The notes: generated from the sequence alone by a model not told the origin. A DNA stretch of 59,908 bases from a virus (IMGVR_UViG_3300032323_002596:1-59908); one strand, 5' to 3'; positions 44,244 to 55,942 are shown, counted from the first letter of the stretch. Program-made: numbers and translations.

Positions 44244-46292
44244 ATGTACGAAAAAATTGAAGGTGGTAGTGTTATAGATATTCAGGGGTTAAAATGTAAT
44301 TTACCTCCTGAAGGCTATGTATTTAATATAATTACAAAGCAAGTAGAATTTAGGGGTGTTTATAAAAGATCTGAAATTCAGTCAGAACAGTATTGGAAAA
44401 GGATGCCTTTGCCTGATTGGTATTTAGATACTATGAAAAGGTGGGATGAATTTGACAAAAAGAAAAAGGATGACGATGTAGAGTTTTATGACGAAAAGCT
44501 TGAGGAATTTAAAAAGCAAGAGTGGGATAGAAGATTAAATGGTTTTTGGTACATGAATAATGGAGTGCCTACTTTTTTAACGGGGTTGCATTATTTGTAT
44601 TTACAATGGTGGCCAATAGATATTGGTTATCCTAAATTTCGTATTCCAGATTTAGAGAAATTTTATTTCATGGACTATTGCATCCAAGATCCATTATGTA
44701 TGGGGATGCTAGAAGTTACTAAAAGGCGTTTTGGTAAATCATTTGTAGCAGGATTGTTTGTTACCGAATATATAACTAGGACAAAAATGACCAACGGTGG
44801 TATTCAGTCTAAAACAGGTTCGGATGCCAAGAAATTCTTTGCTAAAACTGTTGTAAATCCATTTAGAAGGCTCCCTAAGTTTTTTAGACCGGAATACGAT
44901 ATGTCTTTGGGGGTAAATCCTAAGACAGAGATGAGGTTCCAAAAAACCAATGTAAGAGGTAAAAAGGCAGAGGAGAGTGTAGATAAGGATGAATTGGGTT
45001 CAATTATTGACCATCAGTCAGCTGATACGGTTGCATATGACGGACAGAAATTGCATAGATATGTTGCTGACGAGTGCGGTAAAACAACGGAGGTAAATGT
45101 TTACGATAGGCACGAGGTTGTCCGTTATTGTTTATTGGATGATGAGGGTAAAATCATTGGCAAGGCATTATATACTACAACGGTTGAAAAATTAACAACA
45201 GAAAAAGATGGAGTACAAGATGCGTTTAAATTATTATGGGAGGAAAGTAATCAGGATAAAAGGCAAGATAATGGCACAACTTCAAGTGGCCTTTATAGAT
45301 TCTTTATGTCTGCTAAACGAACTAGAAACTTTGATGATTTTGGTTATCCTGATGAAAATAAAACCTTAGACCAAATATTGGCAGATAGGGAAACAGTTAA
45401 AAACAACCCAAGAGCATTATCTGCGCGTGTAAGAAAAGAGCCATTGACTATTGATGAAGCTTTTAGTACAGATTCTGATAAATGTATTTTTAATGTAATG
45501 AACATTGGTTCAAGAGAGCAATATTTAAAAGAAAATCCTGTATTAAAGAGACATGTTATATTTTATAGAGACTTAGACCAAACGGTTAGATGGAGAAACA
45601 TTACAGATAAAGAAGAAGATTTTCATTGGGTAATAACCCAATTCCCAAAACCAGGTGAAGAGAATAAGCACACATTTGATGTTAAGACTAGAAAGCCAGG
45701 AAGAGTACATGATGGAGCTATTGCAATTGACGGGTATAGTAATAGTCAGGGTGGTAAATATGGTTCAAAAGCATCTGCTTGGATAGGTAGAAGATATGAT
45801 TTGTTAAATCCGGAACAGACCGGTAAGGCAATAGGGCATTTGTATGGAAGGCCGCCAATTAAAGAAATATTACACGAACAAGTCCTTTTAGCTGCCGAAT
45901 TTTATGGTTATCAGGCTTGGTACGAGCATAATAGTGATGATTATTTATCATATTTTAGAGATAGAGGTAGGGTTGGGTATTTAGGTTCCTATCCCTTATC
46001 CACAATAGATCCATCAAAAAGGGAGACAGCAGATAGGCACAAGGGATTCCCGACTACGCCATTTAGCTTAACCAAGCAAACCGATGTCGGCATTATGTAT
46101 TTTGAGTCTCATATTGATTCAATTGATTTTGAAAACTTGCTTGAAGATGCCAAAAAGTTTGATCCCAATAATAGAACAGACTATGACATTACGGTATCAT
46201 TTTTAATGTTGATTGTTTGTTTAATGGAGCCAATTCAGAAGCAGGTTAAAAGAGAACCACTAGTTAAAAGTTATGTTCCTGTATTTAATTAA
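44244..46292 (+). CDS. terL: Terminase large subunit (mirror copy)
   Basis: Mirror of 13617..15665. Confidence 0.9.
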   Translation: MYEKIEGGSVIDIQGLKCNLPPEGYVFNIITKQVEFRGVYKRSEIQSEQYWKRMPLPDWYLDTMKRWDEFDKKKKDDDVEFYDEKLEEFKKQEWDRRLNGFWYMNNGVPTFLTGLHYLYLQWWPIDIGYPKFRIPDLEKFYFMDYCIQDPLCMGMLEVTKRRFGKSFVAGLFVTEYITRTKMTNGGIQSKTGSDAKKFFAKTVVNPFRRLPKFFRPEYDMSLGVNPKTEMRFQKTNVRGKKAEESVDKDELGSIIDHQSADTVAYDGQKLHRYVADECGKTTEVNVYDRHEVVRYCLLDDEGKIIGKALYTTTVEKLTTEKDGVQDAFKLLWEESNQDKRQDNGTTSSGLYRFFMSAKRTRNFDDFGYPDENKTLDQILADRETVKNNPRALSARVRKEPLTIDEAFSTDSDKCIFNVMNIGSREQYLKENPVLKRHVIFYRDLDQTVRWRNITDKEEDFHWVITQFPKPGEENKHTFDVKTRKPGRVHDGAIAIDGYSNSQGGKYGSKASAWIGRRYDLLNPEQTGKAIGHLYGRPPIKEILHEQVLLAAEFYGYQAWYEHNSDDYLSYFRDRGRVGYLGSYPLSTIDPSKRETADRHKGFPTTPFSLTKQTDVGIMYFESHIDSIDFENLLEDAKKFDPNNRTDYDITVSFLMLIVCLMEPIQKQVKREPLVKSYVPVFN

Positions 46293-46348
46293 TTAAAATT
46301 TTACTAAATTCTTAATATTTAGTATATTTGACGTAAAATATACTCAAA

Positions 46349-48811
46349 TTGGCAGATAGTCCTTTATACATATCAGCAGCAAATAGTAATGGGGAGGCTT
46401 TAAAAAAATTCCAAATTACTACAGACGTATCTTCTAAAAAAGATTATACCTATGGTAAAAATGTTGCACAAAGCATTTATTCTACAATCTATGGTAATCA
46501 AACTTATTTTTGGTTAAGAAATAATAGATTTAGAAAAAATAGACAAATCGCAAACGGTAAAATAGACATGAGTGTGTTTATGGATCGTTTAGAGATGAAC
46601 AGTAAAGCTAACTTTGTAAATATCAATTGGAAGTCAATTATTATTGGTAATACAATTGTTGCAAGATTAGTTGGATCATGGATGAGTAGAAATGAAAAGG
46701 TTACTGTTACAGCTACTGATAGCGCCTCTGCAATGCTTAAAAAAAATGCAGCAGATGAAGCAGAGTTTGTGTTTCAGAATAAAGAGATATTGGGACAAAT
46801 TCAACAAGAGTCTGGAATACCAATTATATCTCCAGACCAATTTGTTGCAGAAGATAAAGACGAGTTAGATAGATGGATTACAGAATTTAATCATTTACCA
46901 GAAGAGATACAATATAGTCTTGGTTGCAATAATGTATTAGAGGCTAATGGATGGAATGATGTTTTAAAACAAAGATTATTACACGATTCAGCAGAGGTTG
47001 GATTAGTATGTACTTATACATGGATGGATGAAGAAGGTGAAATTCATGTTCAATGGATTCGCCCAGAAAATGCAATTTATTCTTATTCTGATTTCCCTGA
47101 TTTTAGAGATACTACTTATAGAGGTCATATCTTATCAATGAAGATTAGCGAAATAAGAGCAAGATATGGTAAAGAAAGTGGCGGAACATTAAGCGAAGAA
47201 GATATATTTGAATTAGCTCAATCTTCAAAAGAATACCAACTTACAGATAAGATTAAGTGGATGCAAGATTGGAACGTTGCATGGTTAAGACCATATGACG
47301 AATGGAATATTGATTTAATGCAATTTGAAATTAAGACTTTAGATTCTGATGGATATACTGTTACTAAGACGAAGAAAAACGGTAGCACTATCATAAGAAA
47401 AGGTAAGCCAGAAAAATTAGATGAAAATCAGCAATATTTAGAAGAGAAAAAGTGGAATATATACGAAGGTGTATATTGTCCAGTTACTCAAAAAATGATT
47501 AAGTGGGGAATTAAGAAAAACATGATTCGCCCGCAAGATCCAAAAGAAATTGGCAACGCAGAATTTTCTTATAGCTTCTATATGTATGATCCATATGACA
47601 TGCGTAATGTAGCTGTGCCAGAAAAGATTGAAGAGCCAATTGAACAAATGATTTTAGCTAGATTAAAGATACAACAATTAGTAGCTAAGATGGTGCCGGC
47701 AGGTGCCGCTATAGATGTGGATGCAATGCAGGAGTTAGATTTGGGACTGGGTGACTCTGTAAAGCCATTAGACGTTCAAAAGATTTGGGAACAAACTGGT
47801 AAGCTTTACTATCGTGGTAGAGATGCCGAAGGAAATAGAATACCTGTGCCAATTACAGAATTAGCAAATTCAGGATTTTCGCCTCAATTGCAATCTTTAA
47901 TTCAGTTGTATCAATTCCATTATCAAGTTTTAAAAGACGAACTTGGTGAAGATCCTAATTTGATGAACCAAGCTGCTCAACCAAGAGTTGCTGCTTCAAA
48001 TATTGAGGCATCAAGAGTTTTAGCTAATAATGCTACAGAATATATGTATGATGCATATATTTATGTTATGGAAGAAACATGTAAAAAAATAGCATGTTTA
48101 TTAAATAAGAGCGTTACTTATGGAGCAAAGAAATACAGAAATTTATTAAAAGAGTCTGATGTTGTAGATAGAAACTTTGTGGCTACGGTTAGAATGTTGC
48201 CACAAGCTCAAGAAATTGCTAATTTGCAAATAATGATGAACAATGCTATGGCATCAAATCCTCAATTAGTAATGTATTTAGATCCATTTAAGATTGTTAG
48301 AATTGCTAAGGAAAATGTTGAATTAGCTGAATTATATTTTAGACAAGCGCAAAAAAGATTTATAAAAAATGAACAAGAAAACGCAGCTAACAATAGTCAG
48401 CAAAATGCTCAAATTCAACAAGCAAGTATGCAAGCTAAAGCTGAGGGTGATGCTGCTTTATTAGAAAAACAAACTCAAGCAAAAGAAAGAGCGATTGTTA
48501 TACAAGGAATGTTTGATTTGGCTAAGGCTAATATACCTGTTCCGGTTGAATTAAGACCTTTGTTAGCTGAAATGTTGCAAAATGTTGAGATGCCATTAGT
48601 AATGGAAAATGATCAAATTGAAAAGCAAATGCAGCAAATGCAAATGGAGGAAATGCAACAGCAACAAGCGGCGATGCAGCAACAAGGCGGAGAAGGCGAA
48701 CAAATGGAGCCTCAGCAGGGCGAAGAAGAGGAGATGTCTCCAGAGGATCAACAAATGATGGAGGAGCAGATGATGCAGGAACAAATGATGGCTCAACAAA
48801 TGCAACAATAA
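46349..48811 (+). CDS. Portal protein (mirror copy)
   Basis: Mirror of 11098..13560. Confidence 0.8.
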   Translation: MADSPLYISAANSNGEALKKFQITTDVSSKKDYTYGKNVAQSIYSTIYGNQTYFWLRNNRFRKNRQIANGKIDMSVFMDRLEMNSKANFVNINWKSIIIGNTIVARLVGSWMSRNEKVTVTATDSASAMLKKNAADEAEFVFQNKEILGQIQQESGIPIISPDQFVAEDKDELDRWITEFNHLPEEIQYSLGCNNVLEANGWNDVLKQRLLHDSAEVGLVCTYTWMDEEGEIHVQWIRPENAIYSYSDFPDFRDTTYRGHILSMKISEIRARYGKESGGTLSEEDIFELAQSSKEYQLTDKIKWMQDWNVAWLRPYDEWNIDLMQFEIKTLDSDGYTVTKTKKNGSTIIRKGKPEKLDENQQYLEEKKWNIYEGVYCPVTQKMIKWGIKKNMIRPQDPKEIGNAEFSYSFYMYDPYDMRNVAVPEKIEEPIEQMILARLKIQQLVAKMVPAGAAIDVDAMQELDLGLGDSVKPLDVQKIWEQTGKLYYRGRDAEGNRIPVPITELANSGFSPQLQSLIQLYQFHYQVLKDELGEDPNLMNQAAQPRVAASNIEASRVLANNATEYMYDAYIYVMEETCKKIACLLNKSVTYGAKKYRNLLKESDVVDRNFVATVRMLPQAQEIANLQIMMNNAMASNPQLVMYLDPFKIVRIAKENVELAELYFRQAQKRFIKNEQENAANNSQQNAQIQQASMQAKAEGDAALLEKQTQAKERAIVIQGMFDLAKANIPVPVELRPLLAEMLQNVEMPLVMENDQIEKQMQQMQMEEMQQQQAAMQQQGGEGEQMEPQQGEEEEMSPEDQQMMEEQMMQEQMMAQQMQQ

Positions 48812-48837
48812 TAAATAAAAATTAAAAAAATAAAAAA

Positions 48838-49185
48838 ATGGCAACGGTTAGTAAACTTTTAATAAGACTACAAAAATTTAGTTCAAAAATTAGTACAGTT
48901 GTAGATGCAACTGAATCATTTAATGCGAACAACAGCTTCTATCAGGATTTATCTGGATGGGATTCGGCTGTAGTTCAATTAGTAAGCCCTTCTGGTACAA
49001 TTAATTTTAGCACAACAAATGATGATGGCGCTATTACTGGTCAATTATTACCAGCACCTGAAGTGCCAATTAACTGGATATCTGTTTCTGGAGTAAATTT
49101 AACATCAAAAGCTGATGTTACATCAATTGCCGCTAGTGGTTTAGTGGCATTTGGTATTATTGGTAAATATTTAAAAATAGAATAA
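48838..49185 (+). CDS. Putative small structural protein (mirror copy)
   Basis: Mirror of 10724..11071. Confidence 0.55.
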   Translation: MATVSKLLIRLQKFSSKISTVVDATESFNANNSFYQDLSGWDSAVVQLVSPSGTINFSTTNDDGAITGQLLPAPEVPINWISVSGVNLTSKADVTSIAASGLVAFGIIGKYLKIE

Positions 49186-49186
49186 A

Positions 49187-49795
49187 ATGGCAAATTCAAT
49201 AGCTTATGTATTGTCTAAAAATACATACCCTGATGCCTTTCAGGCAAATCTTATAGGAGTTGATCAGGGCACTCAAATAGTATATACTACAACAAGCACA
49301 TTAACAACTGCTAATGTATTATATGCTGATAGTAGATTAACACAACCTATTTATGGAGATGGAACAAGTTGGTATGGCGTACAGTTATTGACAAATACTT
49401 CTGTAGTATATCCAATTACTATAAGTGAGAGTGGCGTAATAGCGATTGGTTCTGGTACAACTACAACCACTACTACTGCGCCTACTACAACAACTACAAC
49501 TGCTGCACCTACTACAACAACTACTACTAGTGCAGTTTCATCATACGCTTTCATGGCTTATGGTGCATCTGATCCACTTGATGCGTGTGCACGTATTAAC
49601 CCAATGATTACAGTATATGCTAATACTCTATCATTAAATATCGGTGTTAGTTTGTATATGGATGCAGGACTAACTGTTCCATATAACAGACCTCTTTATG
49701 GTCAGTATCTTAGCATTTATTTCGCAGCTCAAGATCAAGTTTGTAATATGGGCGGACCATTTGGTAATACAATTAGCAGTTACACAGCTTGTTAA
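49187..49795 (+). CDS. Putative decoration protein with Thr linker (mirror copy)
   Basis: Mirror of 10114..10722. Confidence 0.6.
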   Translation: MANSIAYVLSKNTYPDAFQANLIGVDQGTQIVYTTTSTLTTANVLYADSRLTQPIYGDGTSWYGVQLLTNTSVVYPITISESGVIAIGSGTTTTTTTAPTTTTTTAAPTTTTTTSAVSSYAFMAYGASDPLDACARINPMITVYANTLSLNIGVSLYMDAGLTVPYNRPLYGQYLSIYFAAQDQVCNMGGPFGNTISSYTAC

Positions 49796-49866
49796 TATAA
49801 TTAAATAAAATAGAGCACATCAATATAGGTGTGCTCTAATATAAAATAGAAACCAAATCAGCATTT

Positions 49867-51039
49867 ATGCCAGAGAATACAGACATGTCAGCACCAATTA
49901 CGCTGGCAGAAGGTTACAATCCTTTCGGGGATGAAGATGTTGTGTTACAACAACAAACAGCGGTAGATGTAACCCCTACTGCTACAAATGAGTCAAGTAA
50001 CGAACAAGTTACGGCTCAACCGGAACAGCAACCGGAACAATCAGAGCAACAAAACAGCTCTCAGTCATTTGATCCAAATGAATTTGTAAGAGAAAGGTTT
50101 GGCTTTGAAAGCGTTGAAGAGGCTGAAAATCAATTTAGAAGGCTTAAAGAAGAGCCTAGTTTTGAGTTTAAGGACGATGTAAGTAAAACATTGTTTGATG
50201 CAATTAAAGAAGGCAAAGCAGACGATGTGTATCAAGTTTTAAATCAGCAGAAAAAACTAGAAAGATTGACTACTGCTGAATTAGATACTGAATTAGCCAT
50301 TGAAGTTGTAAAAGAAAATCTTAGACAAAAACACAAGGAGTTAAATGAAGAAGAGGTGGAACTTTTATTTTATGATAAATTTTTCGTACCTTTAAAACCA
50401 GAACAGGGATTTGATGAAACTGATGAAGATTATGCTAACAAGGTAAAGAATTGGGAGGCTCAAGTTGACTATACCGAAAGGAAGTTGATGATTGAGGCTA
50501 AAACAACTAGATCTGAATTGGCAAAATTGAAAAGTGAAATTCAATTACCAGATATTTATAATGAGGCAGGCAGACAAGCTCAATTTCAAGAAGAATATGA
50601 AATGATGCAATATGCTAGATCAAATTATGAAAAAACACTTGACTCTGATTTTAAATCATTCAACGGATTTAGTGTATCGGTAAAAGACGAGGATGTTGAA
50701 ATACCGATTTCATTTAATGTGGGGGATGAAGAAAAAAGCGCAATGAAGAGTCAATTAGAGGATTTTGACACGGACAGTTATTTTGAAGGCAGATGGTTTA
50801 ACGAGGATGGTAAGCCAAATGTTCAACAAATTATGGCAGATAAATATCTGTTAGAAAACCGTGATAAAATATTCTCAAAAATAGCAAATGAGGCGGCATC
50901 TCAAAGATTGCTTGCTCATTTTAAAAAGAGTGGGAACATAAACATCAACCAAACCGCAACTCCTCAAGGAGCGAAACCTGATCTTAGTGGCGTTGAAGCT
51001 GAAAGGCAGAGACTAGCAGAGTGGGCATTTAGTTCGTAA
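49867..51039 (+). CDS. Putative scaffolding protein (mirror copy)
   Basis: Mirror of 8870..10042. Confidence 0.65.
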   Translation: MPENTDMSAPITLAEGYNPFGDEDVVLQQQTAVDVTPTATNESSNEQVTAQPEQQPEQSEQQNSSQSFDPNEFVRERFGFESVEEAENQFRRLKEEPSFEFKDDVSKTLFDAIKEGKADDVYQVLNQQKKLERLTTAELDTELAIEVVKENLRQKHKELNEEEVELLFYDKFFVPLKPEQGFDETDEDYANKVKNWEAQVDYTERKLMIEAKTTRSELAKLKSEIQLPDIYNEAGRQAQFQEEYEMMQYARSNYEKTLDSDFKSFNGFSVSVKDEDVEIPISFNVGDEEKSAMKSQLEDFDTDSYFEGRWFNEDGKPNVQQIMADKYLLENRDKIFSKIANEAASQRLLAHFKKSGNININQTATPQGAKPDLSGVEAERQRLAEWAFSS

Positions 51040-51087
51040 CTTGATATTGCCTTTGGAGGAGGCGTTAAAAACAAAAACTAAAATATC

Positions 51088-52500
51088 ATGGCAGGAATAC
51101 CTACCTCAAATATTTTGCAACCGGGTAGTATCTCGTTGCAAACCCAGAATAGGCAACTTATGGTTGACCTACAATTATTAACTCCACAGTACTACAAGCA
51201 ATACACTCAAAAGTATGGCAACGAAGATTTTACTTGGTGGTTAGCTGCTCATAGCGGAATGGAAGAAGTTAAAAACTTAAACTACTTCTGGTTTGAAAAC
51301 CGTGGTAAATTAATGCCAGGTGTTACAAACGAATCTACAGTTTCAGCTGGTCTTGGCGCTACTTTAACTTTAACATTAGGACAAGAAGCTTATTACAACA
51401 ATGGTACTCAGACTCCATTAAGAGTTAACGAAACATTGCGTGTTGCTTCTTCTAACATTGAAGGGGTTATCATCTCTATTGACGATAGCGTAGCTTATGC
51501 ATGGACTTTCCAAGTTGCTCCTAAGCAAACTGGTCAAAGATTTGCTTCTGCTGGCGTAAATCAATTGTTAGCAGGTGAGGTTTTATTATTCGGTGGTGAT
51601 GCCGATGCTGGTGAAGCTTCTCAAGCAATCAATCCTTTAATCCAATTGGATCAAAGATATGACAACTATGTAACTGAAATTCGCGATGGTTGGTCTAACA
51701 CTGACTTAGCGCAAATGGCTGAAACTTACTATGAGTTCCCAGTATCTCCAGATATGGCTCAAAACGGTGTTACAGCTTTCACTTACAAAGGTATGTACAA
51801 AACATTGGTACGTTTCAAGAACAACGTAGAGGCTAAATTAATGCGTGGTGATTTACAAAACAACGCCGCAATTGATTCTAACTCTCAAGGTTCAGTAGGT
51901 ATCATCCCTAAAGTAGTTGCTGACGGTGAAACTGTTGGTTACACTCCAGGTACATTAGATATCGCTAAATTACATGAAATCACTCGTATCATGGACGTTA
52001 ACGGTTGTGCTAAGCAATCTGCTTGGTTAACTGACATCTTCCAAAGACAAGATTTCTCTGATGGTATCTTCGCTGCTTACCCAGCTGGTGCTTTCGTTTA
52101 TGGACAAGGCGAGAAGTCTAAAGAAGCTTCTGTTGCTTATGGTTTCCAAGAAATCTACATTGATGGATATTTATTATCTGTTAAGAAGTACTCTCAATTC
52201 AACACTGAGGTTACAACTGGTTTAACTCCTCAAAATGATTACTTCCGTAATTTCGGTTTAATCTATCCAATGGGAGAAACTAAGGATGCTAAAACCGCTC
52301 AAGTTTACAAGAATATCACTATTATGTATCAACAACCTCCTCAAGGTGGTACTGTTGGTAACGGTATTCGTGTATGGCAATATGGTGGTGGATCTCCTAA
52401 TCCAACAGATGGTACAATGACTAATCAAATCGCGATGATCACTTACCGTGGTACTCGTGTTTGTGCAGCAAACCAATTCATCATCGTTCAAGGTAGCTAG
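51088..52500 (+). CDS. Major capsid protein (mirror copy)
   Basis: Mirror of 7409..8821. Confidence 0.85.
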   Translation: MAGIPTSNILQPGSISLQTQNRQLMVDLQLLTPQYYKQYTQKYGNEDFTWWLAAHSGMEEVKNLNYFWFENRGKLMPGVTNESTVSAGLGATLTLTLGQEAYYNNGTQTPLRVNETLRVASSNIEGVIISIDDSVAYAWTFQVAPKQTGQRFASAGVNQLLAGEVLLFGGDADAGEASQAINPLIQLDQRYDNYVTEIRDGWSNTDLAQMAETYYEFPVSPDMAQNGVTAFTYKGMYKTLVRFKNNVEAKLMRGDLQNNAAIDSNSQGSVGIIPKVVADGETVGYTPGTLDIAKLHEITRIMDVNGCAKQSAWLTDIFQRQDFSDGIFAAYPAGAFVYGQGEKSKEASVAYGFQEIYIDGYLLSVKKYSQFNTEVTTGLTPQNDYFRNFGLIYPMGETKDAKTAQVYKNITIMYQQPPQGGTVGNGIRVWQYGGGSPNPTDGTMTNQIAMITYRGTRVCAANQFIIVQGS

Positions 52501-52580
52501 TCTATTTAGGACATTATAATTCGGGTAGGGGCAACTTTATTGATTGTCCCTACCTATTTTAAACATTTTAAAACCATTTT

Positions 52581-53474
52581 ATGGCACGTTTAAAGGCAGT
52601 AGGTTTAGCGGAAGCTAACTTTTCACAACAAGGTGAAATAAAGGTACAAAGACAACATGAAGAAGCAGCTCAGGCCATTGATTTAGCCCCTGCTTCCAAT
52701 AACGGAACTACATTCAAGATTTTCAAATTATCAGATACTAAGAAGAATGGTAAATACCATATGGAAGGTATTGATGATGTTTGGAATGAAAAGAAAGGTA
52801 GAATGGAAAGAATTAGACTTTTGAGAGGATATCCAAGTATTTGGGTAGAGGATCAAAAAGGACTTGAAAAATCATTTGTAGAACAAAACAGAAGAAGCTT
52901 AATTTTTGACCGTAGGGTTTTAAGGGTAGCTGATTATGATATTGAGGCACTTGAGTTTTTAAGTCTTTGTAATGCTAATTTAGATAATGCAAATAGAAAG
53001 GGAACCAGAAAGGTTACTTTCTTCCAATGGAATCCACAAAGAACTGCTGAACTTGAAAGGGCAAAACGCGTTGCTAAGGTTGAGGCTATTAAGTACGCTT
53101 CATTAGCTTCTGACGAAGAAATGCGTAAACATTGTAATTTCTTGGGAATTTCGTTTGTAGATGACTTAGGTATGCCTAAATCTATGGAAGCATTAAGAAA
53201 CGACTATGAACTTTACGCTGAAGCTCAACCTAATAAGTTTATGCAAAGTGCTGGTTCTAAAGAAGTTGAAATTGCATTTATAGTTAAAAAAGCATTGATT
53301 GACAATAAGATTGATACAACAACTAAGAAAGGATCAGCTTATTGGGCAAATAATGGTGGCTTCATTTGCAAGATACCAGCGGACAAAAAGCCGCATACTT
53401 ATTTAGTTGATTTTGCTATGTTCCCTCAAGACGAGAGTAAGGCATTTTTAGAGCAATTGAAAAAATTGGTATAA
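52581..53474 (+). CDS. Conserved post-capsid protein (mirror copy)
   Basis: Mirror of 6435..7328. Confidence 0.55.
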   Translation: MARLKAVGLAEANFSQQGEIKVQRQHEEAAQAIDLAPASNNGTTFKIFKLSDTKKNGKYHMEGIDDVWNEKKGRMERIRLLRGYPSIWVEDQKGLEKSFVEQNRRSLIFDRRVLRVADYDIEALEFLSLCNANLDNANRKGTRKVTFFQWNPQRTAELERAKRVAKVEAIKYASLASDEEMRKHCNFLGISFVDDLGMPKSMEALRNDYELYAEAQPNKFMQSAGSKEVEIAFIVKKALIDNKIDTTTKKGSAYWANNGGFICKIPADKKPHTYLVDFAMFPQDESKAFLEQLKKLV

Positions 53475-53554
53475 ACTTCCCCCTCTAAATAAAATAGCCC
53501 TGTAGCCTAAAAATTACGGGGCTTTTTCGTATATTTGTTATATAACTTATTTCA

Positions 53555-54250
53555 ATGAATGTTAATGACATGTATCGTATTTGCCAGTTTGCGATTAATA
53601 AAGCGCAGAATGGTTATTTGACACCAGCTGAATTTAATCTTGTCATAAATCAAGCACAGATTTCGTATCAAGATTATTTATTGGGTGAGTTTCAGCAATA
53701 TCAATACGGAAGGCCACAGGCTAGGGTTAATTATAGCCAAAATGAAAATATAAGACAGAGATTAACTCCTTTGATTACCGAATCTACATTAACTATTAAT
53801 GCGACTACAGGGGAAGCACCATATCCTGCTGATTATCTGCAAGCGGATGCAATAATTACACCTGATTTTAAAAGAGTTAGATTTGTTCAGCAAGACAGTT
53901 TATATTCTTATTATAATAGCGAAATTGATCCTGTTGTAACTAATCCTATTTATTTAATAGAGCCAAACAAATTTCAGTTTTATCCAAAAAATCTTGGTAG
54001 CGCTATTTTAACTTATGTTAAAAATGCACCAGATATTGTATGGGCATATACAACAGTAAGCGGAAGGCCAGTTTATGCTCCAACCCAAACAGGTGCTGGA
54101 GTTACTCCTACTACGGGTACTGTTCAGCCAGTATGGGATGATGTTGATTTATTGGAAATTATTACGCGTGCATTGAAGTTAATTGGTTTAAACTTAAAAG
54201 ATGGTATGGTGCAGCAATATGCTAATCAAATAACACAAACAGGACAATAA
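53555..54250 (+). CDS. Putative connector/ring protein (mirror copy)
   Basis: Mirror of 5659..6354. Confidence 0.6.
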   Translation: MNVNDMYRICQFAINKAQNGYLTPAEFNLVINQAQISYQDYLLGEFQQYQYGRPQARVNYSQNENIRQRLTPLITESTLTINATTGEAPYPADYLQADAIITPDFKRVRFVQQDSLYSYYNSEIDPVVTNPIYLIEPNKFQFYPKNLGSAILTYVKNAPDIVWAYTTVSGRPVYAPTQTGAGVTPTTGTVQPVWDDVDLLEIITRALKLIGLNLKDGMVQQYANQITQTGQ

Positions 54251-54876
54251 TGACTAGATATGCGCTTATAGAAAGGATATTAAGACAGATATATAACGGA
54301 CAACCATCCGATGATTCAAATATTACTTTTAATTTGGTAAATCAATGGCTGAATGATGCTGTTGGTATGGCCGTTAAAAAGAATTACACAGACAATATTC
54401 AAATTGACGGTATTTCATATGTAAACAATTCGTTTTACACTACATTTACCAATATAGATATTAATGCTGAAACTGTAGATACTGTTACTTATAGCATTGA
54501 TTTGCCGGTAATTCCATACGCATTGGGTAAAAACGAGGGCGTTGCAATGTTGCAATTTGTGGGTGATAAAAAGACATCGCAAACGGCTATACCTTTGAGC
54601 ATGAATCAAGTTGCTTATCAAGAGCAATTAAGACCAATTCAAAATAAAATTCTTTACTGGATTGAAGGTAAGAATATTTATGTAAAAAGTTCTATACCTT
54701 TGACAAGCTATAAGGCAACATTAAGAATGATTAGTGGTGGTGATTCAACTGACTTAACATCTACGTTAATAGTTCCGGATGATTACATGCCAATGATTAT
54801 TGAATATATTAAAGGTCAATTAGCTTTTGAGAAATCAAGGCCAATAGATCAAAGTAATGATGGCGTAGATAATTAA
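54250..54876 (+). CDS. Putative structural protein (mirror copy)
   Basis: Mirror of 5033..5659. Confidence 0.55.
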   Translation: MTRYALIERILRQIYNGQPSDDSNITFNLVNQWLNDAVGMAVKKNYTDNIQIDGISYVNNSFYTTFTNIDINAETVDTVTYSIDLPVIPYALGKNEGVAMLQFVGDKKTSQTAIPLSMNQVAYQEQLRPIQNKILYWIEGKNIYVKSSIPLTSYKATLRMISGGDSTDLTSTLIVPDDYMPMIIEYIKGQLAFEKSRPIDQSNDGVDN

Positions 54877-54890
54877 AATTAAGAAAACAT

Positions 54891-55163
54891 ATGAGACCAA
54901 TTAGAGATTTTGTTTTAGTAAGACCATTTGCACCTGAAGAGGTTACAGAGGGCGGATTGTTTTTGCCTGAAGGATTTAGAGAAAGAAATTGTAAAGCACA
55001 AGTTGTTTCTGTAGGCAATGGTACTGCTAAAATTAAGATGGAAGCAAAGAAAGATGACGTTGTTTTTCACATAAAAGGAGCAGGAGAGCCTGTCATTGTA
55101 AATAATGAATTGCACTTTTTGATCCGACATAATGATATATTAGCTTACTTATCAAATAATTAA
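54891..55163 (+). CDS. groES: Co-chaperonin GroES (mirror copy)
   Basis: Mirror of 4746..5018. Confidence 0.9.
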   Translation: MRPIRDFVLVRPFAPEEVTEGGLFLPEGFRERNCKAQVVSVGNGTAKIKMEAKKDDVVFHIKGAGEPVIVNNELHFLIRHNDILAYLSNN

Positions 55164-55165
55164 AA

Positions 55166-55936
55166 ATGTCACAAGTTAGAAATTATATAACACTAGATTC
55201 AGTAATCAATGATTATATTGATGAAAGTGAGCAATCAGTCCACAAGTATGCGAAGCTATACAACATAGCTGTTCGTGGTATGGAAAAATTAGGACTTGAC
55301 TTTTTTTATAAAATAAGAACAGTAAAAGTTGCAATTGACACAACTAATTTTACGGCTCAATTGCCAAACGATTATATTAGCTATACTAAAATTGGGGTTT
55401 TAAATTCAGTTGGAGAAATTATACCTTTGAAATTTAATCCTAAAATGACATTTTATGGAGACCAGCAACCGGATAGATTGGCTTTGACACAAGACAATAC
55501 CCTGGCAGCTTGGTATCAATCTGATTTGCCGGTATGGTTTAATTATTGGGATGGTTATGGTTTTAATAATATTTATGGCTTACCAAGTGGATCTCCGTTT
55601 GTAGGTCAATTTAATATTGATGATTCTAATGGAGTGGTTCTTTTAAATCAATATTTTTATTATTCTTATTTGATGATAGAATATTTATCTAGTGGTAATC
55701 CAGAAGAAACATTTTCTATTCCAATTCAATTTAGAGAGGCTATGCTTGCTTGGTTAGCTTGGAGAGATATAGTGAATATGCCTACTACAAGAAGAGGTAA
55801 TTTGGGAGACAAGAGAGATAGAAAATCAGAATTTTATAATCAAAGAAGATTAGCAAATGCTCAATTTAAGCCATTGTACCTAATGCAAGCATATGAACAA
55901 AATTTAGACACTCAAAGAATGACTGTAAAAGCATAA
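55166..55936 (+). CDS. Putative tail tubular/ring protein (mirror copy)
   Basis: Mirror of 3973..4743. Confidence 0.55.
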   Translation: MSQVRNYITLDSVINDYIDESEQSVHKYAKLYNIAVRGMEKLGLDFFYKIRTVKVAIDTTNFTAQLPNDYISYTKIGVLNSVGEIIPLKFNPKMTFYGDQQPDRLALTQDNTLAAWYQSDLPVWFNYWDGYGFNNIYGLPSGSPFVGQFNIDDSNGVVLLNQYFYYSYLMIEYLSSGNPEETFSIPIQFREAMLAWLAWRDIVNMPTTRRGNLGDKRDRKSEFYNQRRLANAQFKPLYLMQAYEQNLDTQRMTVKA

Positions 55937-55942
55937 TAACAA